Positions 27,492 through 38,707 of a DNA stretch of 64,000 nucleotides are shown here, in pieces. Where the stretch lies: contig CM052817.1 in the NCBI GenBank assembly GCA_028534125.1, positions 89,902,001-89,966,000 on the forward strand. The letters are read 5' to 3'. Under the pieces are notes generated by a model. That model did not search any database. It saw nothing but the letters and a program-made list of their open reading frames with translations, and was not told the origin of the DNA. The DNA is from Lama glama (Eukaryota). Positions within the stretch are counted from its first letter, which is position 1; each line of letters opens with the position of its first letter. The translations under genes and the position numbers were made by a program.

Positions 27492-28445
27492 TTAGCTGTT
27501 GAAAAACCTGTTTCCTTCTTCACATCCTCTTGTCACAACAGAAAATGAGGCAGAAAAAAATTTAAAGTCTGAAAACATCATACAGGTTAAGATTTTTCTG
27601 ACTCCTGTTGGGACCATATAAACCATCAAGTTGTTACAGTGCATTCTCCACAGAACAAGTAATGAGGTACGAAGTGGCTCCATTTCTGCTTCCTCCGAGT
27701 TGGAATATGTGGAGCAAAATTGGACAGACACAAAGTGAACAATGAGCCACATGCCATTGGCTGAACTCTGAGAAAAGGAAGCAATACACATGCGCTCTTC
27801 TGCACAAGACCATATGCTTCCCAGATTTTTGCTAAAGACGAAAGTAATTCTCTATGATTCAGGGGAACACAGCCGATCCCTTAGTACAGCTGCAGAGTAG
27901 GAACCAGAGAGAAGTACCTACAGAGAACAAAGGTACAATCAATTGCTATTAGTAATTGCACATTTCAAAACAGAAAATTCTTTTCAATGTATTTATGTTG
28001 TTTGAGACCAATCGCTCTTTCAAACCCCCCTGTGTTTTTATTTCAGGTAGTATAATCCTATCTTGGGTTTCATAATTCTAAACACAGTGCCAAGTGCCAT
28101 GTGGTCTTAATAAAAATTAATCTGACTTTAAGCAGAAAAACCAGAGAAGACTGTTTGCTTTTAAATTCCTTTCCAATAAATTTCTCTCCTAAATATTTAT
28201 AGTTCTAAGTATCTGTTACTTCAAATATATAACATAATATTATGTTAATAATATTATATATTTATATATGTAGTATACAGAATGCTTACCTAGCCATTTA
28301 AAATTCTTAGTGTCGTCTCTGAAAATTTCAAATCTAGTCAAGAGCATAGGTGCTCAAAACTTACCTTCCTGGCTAGAGTCAACAAAAACGTCTTGCCCAC
28401 AGACCCATGTCACAAGCGAGGATCTGATCCTCTTCTAAGCCTACT
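27492..28445 (-). ncRNA. Candidate spliced transcript (lncRNA or micropeptide gene): exon 1 28445-28365, intron 28364-27918, exon 2 from 27917; 3' end unknown
   Basis: Donor AAG|GTAAGT; branch point TACTAAT ~31 nt upstream of cctttgttctctgtag|G; unique non-TE sequence. Confidence 0.5.
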
Positions 28446-28474
28446 GACACCCAGATGCCATGAATGAATTTATA
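28443..28474 (-). promoter_or_regulatory. Candidate TATA + Initiator core promoter
   Basis: Minus-strand TATAAAT at 28474-28468 and TCAGT Inr with A at 28445 (TATA first T at -29). Confidence 0.45.
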
Positions 28475-31417
28475 CCCTCAATTTCTTTCCCCATGAAATA
28501 ATTCAATTTTAAGTGGATAAATATTTTTACTAGTCATACAACTGGTTTCTCAAAAACAGTTGCCAAAAGACAGAAAGAGCAGTACAGAACCTCTTGGAAT
28601 AACTGCCTTTAAACATCTAAAAAATTTTAAAGCAGCACTAATTTTACCTGTTTAAATGCTAGGCTTTGTAGCAAAATTTCATTTAAATACAGGGATAAGT
28701 TTTTTTTGTTTGTGTTTTTGAAAAATGATGAGGCATTAAAAATAAAAAGCAAACACAAACACAGTCAGAGGATAATAAAATGTCTTACTAAAGTCAAACC
28801 ATGTATTAGTGATAGAGCTAAACTTACAAGTCTTCCTCAGTGTCATGTAGACCACTCACAAGTACCTATCTTTTTGATTTTTTTTCTGTAATGAATTAAA
28901 GAAGGAGCCTCTTATGTGTTTATATAGCCTACTTTCTCCTATGCACTCAGTTGAACCTGATCTAATTCTACCTTTGTTTAAACTAAAAGTTCAAAATCCA
29001 AGAATAGATAACCCAGTGCTTGGAGTTATTTATACAAATGTAGGAAACTCTTAGAAAATGCCATGTTTTAGCAATATGCACTTGAGTACCAAACTAAGGA
29101 AATAAGGTAATAAGTATCAATAAAATAATTTTCACTTTTATACTGTGTCAGTTAACCTTTATTTGCATTTTAAATGTCCTAATAAAAAAGATAGTCTTAT
29201 AGAGTATTTTAGAGCTCAAATATTCTTGTTCTTAAAATTGAAATATTTCAATTTAGCAAGTTTGTTCAGAGATATGATTGTCTTTTCAAATACATTTCCT
29301 TCATTAGTTTGTTTTTCAGCACTCTTGTCACATCTTTACAGCATGACAAAATGTCATTTCCAAAACCATCCTTCAGATATAGTCTAACTAGGCTTTTAAA
29401 GCAATTTAGAAGAGAGCTATAACTGCCTAAATTGAGAAGCTTAAAGTTGAAGAACTAAAATAAAGTGAAGTATTTGTAAAAGTTTTAGGGTAAGATAAAC
29501 TTCTAGAAGGCTGATGTTCCATAGACATTTTAAAGTTCTGAAGTATTTTGTCCAACTAAAACTAAAGTACACTGGGAAACTGTGCAGTCAGTTTACTTAA
29601 GCTTGAAAATTCCATTTCATTCAAATTGGATACAGTAGTTAAGTAAAACAATGGGCCTTCTATTTTCTGCCACATGTTATTTTTTTAAAAAAAAAATGTA
29701 TATAAGAGCTGTCATACGAGCAGGCTGTTTGCCTGCTCGGTGCTAGGTTTTATGTTTCTGAAAGGCTTCCACCCCCATCTCTTAATGCTGAAAATAAATC
29801 AATTTCATCTGTTGGTTGTTTTATTTCTAGGAGTTTTTTTCCTGCTTCCTTTTAGGCCAGGTTCCACAAAGCCATATGGCAGCTGAGAGAAGGAAAGCAA
29901 TGAGCTCGTATTTTAAGATCTGAACAAAAGGGGCTGTGGTGTCAGAGCTGCCCATGAATGCATGAAACACAGGCATGTATAGAAAGACCTACAGCCCTGT
30001 CAGTGAAGACTAAAGAAAAGGCTGATGGCGCTGCCACTGCTTAAGCAGAGAAATACTGAGTGCTTTCTTTGCTCATGTCATCCACTTTCGTCTGCCCCCT
30101 CCTTTACCACATCCCCTCCCAGTCAGTCTATTGCCAAAATCCCATTAGCTATATTAATGACATATGATTGGAGGATGAAGTGTGTGGCAGGACAAGAAAG
30201 GCACCAGTTGAGCATTCTTTTTATTTATTTCTGGTGTTTGTATCACAAGTTGCAAAAATTCCAACAAAGATTGTTTCAATCAAGTTTTTAAAGAGCTCAG
30301 AACACATTACAGAAAAGATCTCATAAAGCACTGACTTGTCTCTCATCTACTCATCTACAGTTGAACTCTTCTGTTCTCTAGTGATAGGAAATATTAGGCA
30401 GACCCTCTAAATATTGAAAGAACATAACATGTTTTTTGGCTTTAAGTTTTTGAGTCATAAGTTTTGATATATGATGTCCAGAAATTCTTGATCTCACGCT
30501 ACACACACACACACACATGCATACATACATTCACACTCGGTCACTTGCTCACTCATACATCTATTCTTTTGCAGTTTTAGAGTAAATAAATAAATATATG
30601 TACACATATGCAAAGATTAAAGCTATAAACTTGGAACAGTTAATCTTCAAACCTTTTTAGACATGTAAAATAATTGCATAGCATAGGATACAATTTTGTT
30701 GATTACCATTTAGAATCATAAGACATGATGTACATAAGACAGTGATTGGACATTTTCAAAGGAGTATATAAATATAGATGCTGTTCCCTCTCACACCAGT
30801 GCCTTATACAGAACTTTATATTCGCATTGGCAGTTGGTTAATAAGATGGAGAAAAAGTTAGGTATGCATAATACTTACCCTTTCTAAAGTGAGAATATTG
30901 AAAGAGAAGAAAGGAGGATACGGAAAACAGCTCCTACCCATACATGTGAATATTCCTTTCATTTCAGTCCATTTAAAACTATGGCCAAATTGGAATGTAC
31001 AGCTGCAACTGCTTCTAATCCTGCCCAGCCTCTCTGAATTCTTTACTCAGTAATTGGATATTAGAATTATTATTTAGAGAAATAATATTCATTTAGATAT
31101 GTAGGTCATAAAATAATTAGATGTATGAAGGCAGAGGTTAATGGATAACTAATTATCTACTATTAGAAAAATATATGATGGCTAAGGGCAGGGGCTTGAG
31201 CAATGATAATGATGATCTAAAAAAATGGCTCAGGAGAAGTGCTTCAAAGTCATACTCCACCTTGGATAATTTGGGGCAGATAGATAAGAATATTGTGCTG
31301 CAGCAAATATACAAGTGAGATTATGTAATAATCCCAGAAGAAATATGTACAAAAATAAGTAACAATGCTAGTATAGCTTGAAAAGAACTGGAAATTAGAG
31401 TTATTTAAAAAAGTATT

Positions 31418-32760
31418 TGGGATTTCTGATAATGGCAGTGTGAAGAAGGCAGGCAATTCCTCCTATAGATATCAATTATAAAAGCATCAAATCAGTATAA
31501 AAAACCAAAGTCAGGCAAAAAAACTGAGAAAAGTTTTATTGAAAAAAACTACTCTGTTAGATAAGAGATGTAAGCATATGACTTTTAACCTGGGTTCATT
31601 CCACAACCCCAGCTCCAGTGAAGGAAAGTCACTGCCTTACCCGCTCAAGGTGGCAGATAATTGAATTTAGGAAAGGAAAAGAAAAGCCATAGAATGGCTG
31701 AAATTCAAAATTGAATATAAATTCTTTCCAAATCTCTGTCTGACTAAACACTACACAGGAATGTGGTAGGTCCTTGACAGCATGAAGAACAACCCTGTAG
31801 AAACTAGGGAGAGTTCTACCTTTGTAAGACGTACTTGCTCCTGGTGAGATTTCAGAGTTTGCTGCAACTTTGAGCATGTTCATTACCTGAACATAGCATA
31901 GACATCAGCAAGTCAGAGGCTTCCTGGCTTGAGGTTAGAAAGTGGAACTCTGGAATGACTGAGTGGCTAGAAATTTAAAGGGAAACTAGAAGAAAGAGAA
32001 TCACAGAAAGAGTAAGCCCCTAAATCCGAGTAAAAATTCTATCCGAATCCATGGTTGATTTCTATACTATGCCAACAGAGGGGAACCACCAGATTACAAA
32101 GCTAAAAATGTGAGCTGCAAGAATCTAAAAAGAGTAGGCAGAGGCATCATTATTGACCACTGTGGGTTGACAAATTTCACATTTTAAACTCAGTCAGGTT
32201 ATCTGCCTACTAGAAGAAAAGTGAGACAGTTTCAGAAGAAAAAATTGAAACACCACAGTCAAAAAACATATGGTGTAAAATGTCCAGTTTTCAAACAAAA
32301 ACTAATAGACATGTGAAGAACAGACAAATATGACTCATACTTTAGCGAGGAAAGAAGCAGTTAATAGAAACTGACCCCATTTGGGTTAGATATTACATTT
32401 AGCCAATAAAGACTTCAAATTAACTAGTACAAATATGTCCCCAAATTGTAGAAAACTGCATTTAAAAAATTAAAGGACAGTATGAGATCAATGAGTAAAC
32501 AGGAACTCAACAACAGCAAAACTATTAAATAATAGAAAATCCAGTTCTTAAAATTGAGTGACTGAAAAATTGACTAGAGGATTCAACAGAATATTTAATA
32601 TGACAGAACACCTTGAAACAAGGTAAATAAAAATATGCAAAACTTAAAAAATTAAAAATATGAATAAAGATAAACTGTGCCTCAGACACATTTAAAACAG
32701 AGTATAACTCAGATATAATGAAAGAAAATACATGAATATATGTAAAAGAAGAAACATGTA
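31418..32760 (+). mobile_element. Old L1M 5'UTR/ORF1 fragment
   Basis: A-rich degenerate sequence such as 'agacatgtgaagaacagacaaatatgactcat...gaaactgaccc...aaagacttcaaattaact'. Confidence 0.6.
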
Positions 32761-33239
32761 TATACACTTAATTGCTTAAATGACAAAGTTCATTGTTGCT
32801 TTTATCTTCAAGGTTCATTATGATTCTCTCCAATATAGTTTCCCCAATGTTACCCCCAAGTAGCCTATCAATATCAAGAAATTGTGCCTCAAATATATAT
32901 ATAGTGCATTCTTGATATATATTTCTGTCCTACTTGAGATGTCTTAGGTCCTCAGACTAGGTTCAGAATCTAGTACATGCTCACATGGGATTTTCCGGTT
33001 TTTTCCATCAGGCCGCTGATGATGAGTGCCTCCTCCGTGTCCACTTTTCTCTTTTTCTTTACTACTAGGTCCGATACTCTTTAATGTAGAATTTCACCCA
33101 TTTAAAAATATGTGGTTCAGTTTGGCAAAGGAGAAGTGAGAGGAATTCTACAAATGCAGGATTTCATAAAAATAACTATTTTTCTGATCAGAAGAACAGA
33201 TTCAGCAGGCATATGTTTTTTTCCTTCTTTTAAATAAAT

Positions 33240-34101
33240 ACTTTTGTAGCACTCATGTTTCTGGCATGATTCCAAATGCTTTATCCTTATTAACATATTT
33301 CATACCTAAAAGAAATTTATGAGGTATCTACTGTTATTAACCTCATTTTACTAGTTTTTTAATTGAGGCAAGAAAGTCTAAATACCTCATACAACACTTG
33401 CCCTTTGCCCTTATCCTGCCTCCTGTGTGCAATGGGATGCATCCTAGAAATGCAACAGCTATCTTATAAATATGAGCATAAAATTAACATGGTTAATGTG
33501 GCAAAGCAGAAAGCTAAGCTGCTCTGGAATGTTAGTGTTTTTTATGGTTATCAATGCCATGAACAGCCCTCTGGATTTGATTTTTGGTCAGAAATCATTT
33601 CTTAGTGTTAGTATCTTTTTTTCTATCTAATCAGATTAGAAAATCTGACCAGATTTTCTATCTAAATGAGAAATGTCATTTGTTGAACTCCGCAATTCCT
33701 GGTTTTAATCTAATATTTCTTTCTTGAGCCTCAAACTCTTCTTCCTCATATTACTGTAGGCAGCTCGATGAAGGTAGGCAGCATCTTCAGCACTTTGCCT
33801 GGTCAAGTTCATTAGACAAATATGCCATTTTTCATGTTATTGCAGGTGACAGAATATCTAAATTTTCTACTGCCACATAACAATTGCTCATTTTCCTCCA
33901 GTTTACAATGATATTTTCCTTACTTTCCTTAAAGCTTCCACTGACAGCCTTTTTGAGGGCCATGAGGCTTCTATTAATAGCGTCTTCCTTTTTGAATTCA
34001 TTAACTATCTCTTCAAGATTTTTCAAGCTTCCTTTGATCCACTCTCCACTAATTTCCACAGATATATGTGTCTGTGTATATATATATGTACTTATATACA
34101 A

Positions 34102-34137
<36 letters not shown>

Positions 34138-34720
34138 TTTTCTAGCACCTCACTTAAAGTTAGCAAAGTCTGCTCAAACAATTCCAAAACTTAGTGATTT
34201 AAACAATACCAATTCTAATTTTACTCACAAATCTGCGGTTTTTCAGGGTCTATCAGGGACAACTCATCTCTGCTCCATGCAGTGTCAGCTGAGGAGGTTT
34301 GAAGACAGTATTGTAATTATCTAAAGGCTCAAATAACAGATGTTGATGCTTACTGTTGACTGAGACTTCAGCTGGACCTGAAGGGGCTGGGGTTGGAATG
34401 CCTACATATGGTTCTATGTAGCCTGGCAGCTGTTTTATTAAATCAAGTGTAGCAAGAGGATGAGGCAAAAGCTTTATTTCCTTTTAAAATCTAGTTATGG
34501 AATTCACATAGTGTCACATTTGCCATAGTTGAACCTCACCAAATGCAAGAGGAGAAAATATAAGATGCACCTCTAAATTGTAGGAAAAACATTTAAGATA
34601 GAATATATTGGCGTGACCATCTTCGTAAATTACAATCTGTCACAACAGAACTTAAGCATGAGAAAATAAATTCCTATTTGATTAAGCCATTTTAGTCAAA
34701 TTCCTATAACATGCATATAT
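33240..34720. mobile_element. Cluster of MIR, MLT1 LTR and MaLR-internal fragments, with a (TA)n at ~34105-34133
   Basis: MLT1-type 'ccaaaacttagtgatttaaacaat...ctcatctctgctccatg'; MaLR-int-like 33720-34060. Confidence 0.6.
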
Positions 34721-37700
34721 TGTTATGAGTGCATATTATATACATATATTTTTTGTCCCATGTTTTATATCTGTTTCTTCTACTAGACTGTGAATTTCAG
34801 GAGAGCAGAGATTATTTCTGTGGTGTTTGCAATCCAGATCAGACTGGCTATTAATTTTAATAAACATTTATTGAAATTAATAAGTAGACGTACACTAGAC
34901 ACTAGAAAGAGAAGGCTGAGAGCTTTGGGATTTAAACATCTTTCACTGAAGTTGAATATGAAGTTCTATGTTGTGTTACACTCTGACTCAGGACGAAGCC
35001 TCGTGGACCTGATCTACTCTTGAGGCTTGAAAGTGAGCTTCCCTCTTAGAATGCTCAGGAATTCCAAGTAATTTGTGTGTATGTGTGTGGAAGCAAAGAC
35101 TCTGAAACCGAACAACCAAAAACTGAACAGAGTTCCTTGGCAATAGCTTTTTAAGGACATTTTATTGGCAAGCTCAGTCTGCTCCACTATTTTCTAATGA
35201 AAGCAATTTTTAAGTAACCCTGAACTTGTACAGTAGAGCAAGTTGAAAGAGGTTAGACTGTTTTTAATTTAAGTATCATATTATGGCATAAAAATGTTTG
35301 AATTTTACATGAGAGGGCATGAAAAACAACATCAATGTGGAAATCTCTGAAATAATATACCCAGAAAGCATTAAAAAATAGCAGTGATGCCATTAGTCAT
35401 TCTACATTCGCTAGAAATGAGAAACTGTTACCACGATTAATAAATGTATTGTTTAAAGTACTTTTGCATGATTTCATGCATTGGTCTGAATAATATTTAC
35501 ATTCGTGTTTCTTCCAAGACTTAAATTCAATAATTGGGAAAAAAAAAGTGTCTCACAGAAAAAATTGAAACTTCTTTTCTTCCTCTATGACTTATGTGAT
35601 TACCTCATGCTGTAAGGAATGTATGTTGTAAATACTGGATTTATAGCAACACCTCAGATAATTACACAGTTTTAGGGGTATTGAGCAGAGAAAGAATTGT
35701 TGACTGTCCAGACAATGCCCTCTTTTATTCAGTATTAGTCTCAGAAGAACGTGACCGTATAGGTTAGCTATGTTTATGTTGTCCTTAAGGACAAGAAGGT
35801 TTATATTTTTTTAGAGGGCAATATTCTTTTAACAAGCTAAACCAACTCGTAGGAAAGAAATAAAGCCTTATAAAAATTGGAATAAATGTCTTCAAACCAA
35901 TATGTTATTTGAAACACTATTTTACATGGTACATTCATTTTTGTCTCACCCTCACATAACTCTGCAAATAGCTATTGAATTCACGCTGTCTCAAGGGTAA
36001 AAGTATAAAGCTGAATGTTTCTGTTGGATTTAGTTGAGCTCAAAGAGCGTCTGGATTTCTTGGTTATGGCATTCCCTCTTAAACCCTCAAGTGTTTGTTT
36101 GAGCCCAGTTATACTAGAACAATTCAACAATTCAGGGTTTCTTTTCCATGTAAAAACATCTGTTTACATGGCTTATGTCTGAATGAATATGAACATGTTA
36201 TCATTTACTGAAAAATGATAAGATGGTTTACAGCATTTGTATCTTGCAATTGCTATTTAAGTATATTTTGTATATTCAGGGTTTGACCTTTCCAAAACTG
36301 ATTCATATAAGTTAAGAGAAAGGAAACAGGAAGTACTAGAAAGTATTTACGTCACTTATACTGCTTGGTGTTACAACATTAGCAATATCTGGTTTTCAAA
36401 GGTATGTATGCCAAAAACAGAACCAAAAAAAAAAAATTAGCAAATTGGTATCATTACATTCTTGAAGTAAAAATGTTTTGTGCAATCTAAATGCAAAAAT
36501 AAGATGTCAAACTAATAATATATACCAGAGAGATGAATTCTACAATTTGAGAGTACTACAAATACAATGTCTACAGAAACTGAAGAATATAATTAACAAG
36601 ATGAAGCAATTCGACTCCTGGACAGTTTTTGGGTGTTCTTTGGAAAGTCTCTAACCCTAGGGATATCTGGCCTATAATTTCCTTGTTAAGGGCCATTTGC
36701 AACTCTTTGCTAATCCCTTGGGCATCTGGTAGTTCAGCCAGTTTTTTGACCCAACGAATTTTTGCCCTTTCAATTGATTCCCTTTGATAAAATCAAAGAT
36801 GATCCTTTTTTGGTTATTTTTTACGAGTAAACCCATTTGGGGTATGTATACTTACACTTTTTTTTTCTGCATGCCAACGTTGGAGTGCATGCTGCCTTCC
36901 CAGGCAACCTTCATTTCTTCTTTCCCATTTGTGTGGCCTCAATTCTGATCTTGAGTGAATCCCAGGGGATATATGTGAAGTGCTCTTCCTGGTCACTTTG
37001 AAGATTTCCTTTCTTTACTTGAAGTGAGGGGCAAGGACTTACCTGTCCCAGCCCCTTATGCAGGAATGGGGATAGGGAGGAGAACTCAGGACACAAAGAG
37101 AGTTCCTTGTGTAACATCTCCTTCTCACACTTAACAAGTCTTCTCTCTACCTCGTGGTGTCTTGTATAAGCTATTAAAGATTAAAGCCACTTTATTCAAC
37201 TCAGCATTATATAGACATTTCAGCTGAAACTGAAATTAAAAGAATTGTATTTATAATCCTGTCACATAATTGTAAACACCATATTTATTCTCTGATGTAA
37301 GTTAGGAGTTCTAGATAATCCACTGAAGGAAAGTGACTTGTCCGAAATAATAGAATTTGAGATTATATTACTGCACTGACAGTAGAGGAATTTTGCTGCA
37401 TCTTGATTACACAGTTGTTTTTAATCTGAACATGGAAAGAAGGCAGATTAACATTCATTGGGCAGGGAAAGTAATATTTCTTGAGTATGTATTATGTGGC
37501 AAATTCTGTGATAGGCATGTCAACACGGATAATTTAATTGTATTTAATTACATCCTAATATCCATAAAGGAGATAGCTAATTGTTTTTTCTCATTTTACA
37601 AAGAAGTAAATTGACACATGGAAAGCTCATTTTTATTCCCAGAGTGAGTTATTAAGTAACAGGGCGAAACTGTTTTATCCAAAGCTTTTTGTTTCAGGGA

Positions 37701-38362
37701 CACCTTGCTGCCTCTTCATGAACTAGGAAGTTTTTTATTTACTACTACTATAGTTTTAGAAATTTAGACTGAATCCTTTGGTCCAAAAGTGTGTGCCCCA
37801 CTGAACATTGTATTTTTCGTCTAAAGCCTGTATTAAATATCTACTTTGGCTATAATCTTGCTGATATGCATATATTTAGAATTTTCAGCAATAAATGGTA
37901 AAAGCAATTTTGGAAATCGTATAGCTAGTAACTTAGGGAAAGTAAAAAGGATAAAGGAGGAAAAAGCCTGGAGTACAATATTTCTAAATTGTTTATTTTG
38001 GGTTAATCCAAAATAATAGTGCCAAAAATGTTCCATTTAGGATCTAGAAACGCAGTCATTGCCAATATAATAATAAGGGGCATGTTGAACAGTGGCCACA
38101 GTGGAAGCGGGGACAGTGAGGACACAGGTTTCCTACATGATAGGCCTGTTGATCAACTTTGAATCCTCAATTGTCTTTTGTTACTTTGAAAAGCTTTCAA
38201 TTTAAGAAATTACTAACTGCTTTTTATGATTTGATTTTGCTTAATCGACATCTTCAGTAGCAAGCGGCAAAGACAGAATATAGTAAGATGATAAGATTCA
38301 ATTTACATTTGAAGTCTACAAAGATATTTTATAATTTGTTATTCATTGTGTCCCACTGTTAT

Positions 38363-38707
38363 CGCTATGGTCTGATGTGGCTCCTCAAATTCATACATTG
38401 AAATTCTAATGCCAATGTGGTGGTGTTAAGAGCTGGGGCCTTTGGTAGATGATTGGGCCATGAAGATAGAGCCCTCAGGAATGGGATTAATCCCCTTATA
38501 AGAGACAACAGAGAACTTCCTAGCCCCTTCCACCACATAAGGTTACAATGAGAAATCTGCAACTCAGAAGAAGGCCCTCACTTAACTGTTCTGGCATCCT
38601 GACCTCAGACTTCTGGCCTCCAGAACTTTGAGAAATAAATTTCTGTTGTTTATATGCTACCTAGTCCATAGTATTTTTTGTTACAGCAGTTTGAATTGAC
38701 TAATGCA
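38363..38707 (+). mobile_element. MLT1A-like solo LTR with 5-bp TSD
   Basis: '(c)gctatggtctgatgt...aataaatttctgttgtt...gactaatgca'; GTTAT on both sides (38358-38362, 38708-38712). Confidence 0.9.

Noticed and set aside
36318..36355. ETS-like (CAGGAAGT) and CRE-like (TTACGTCA) motifs close together
   Set aside because: Short motifs cannot support an enhancer call without chromatin or conservation data
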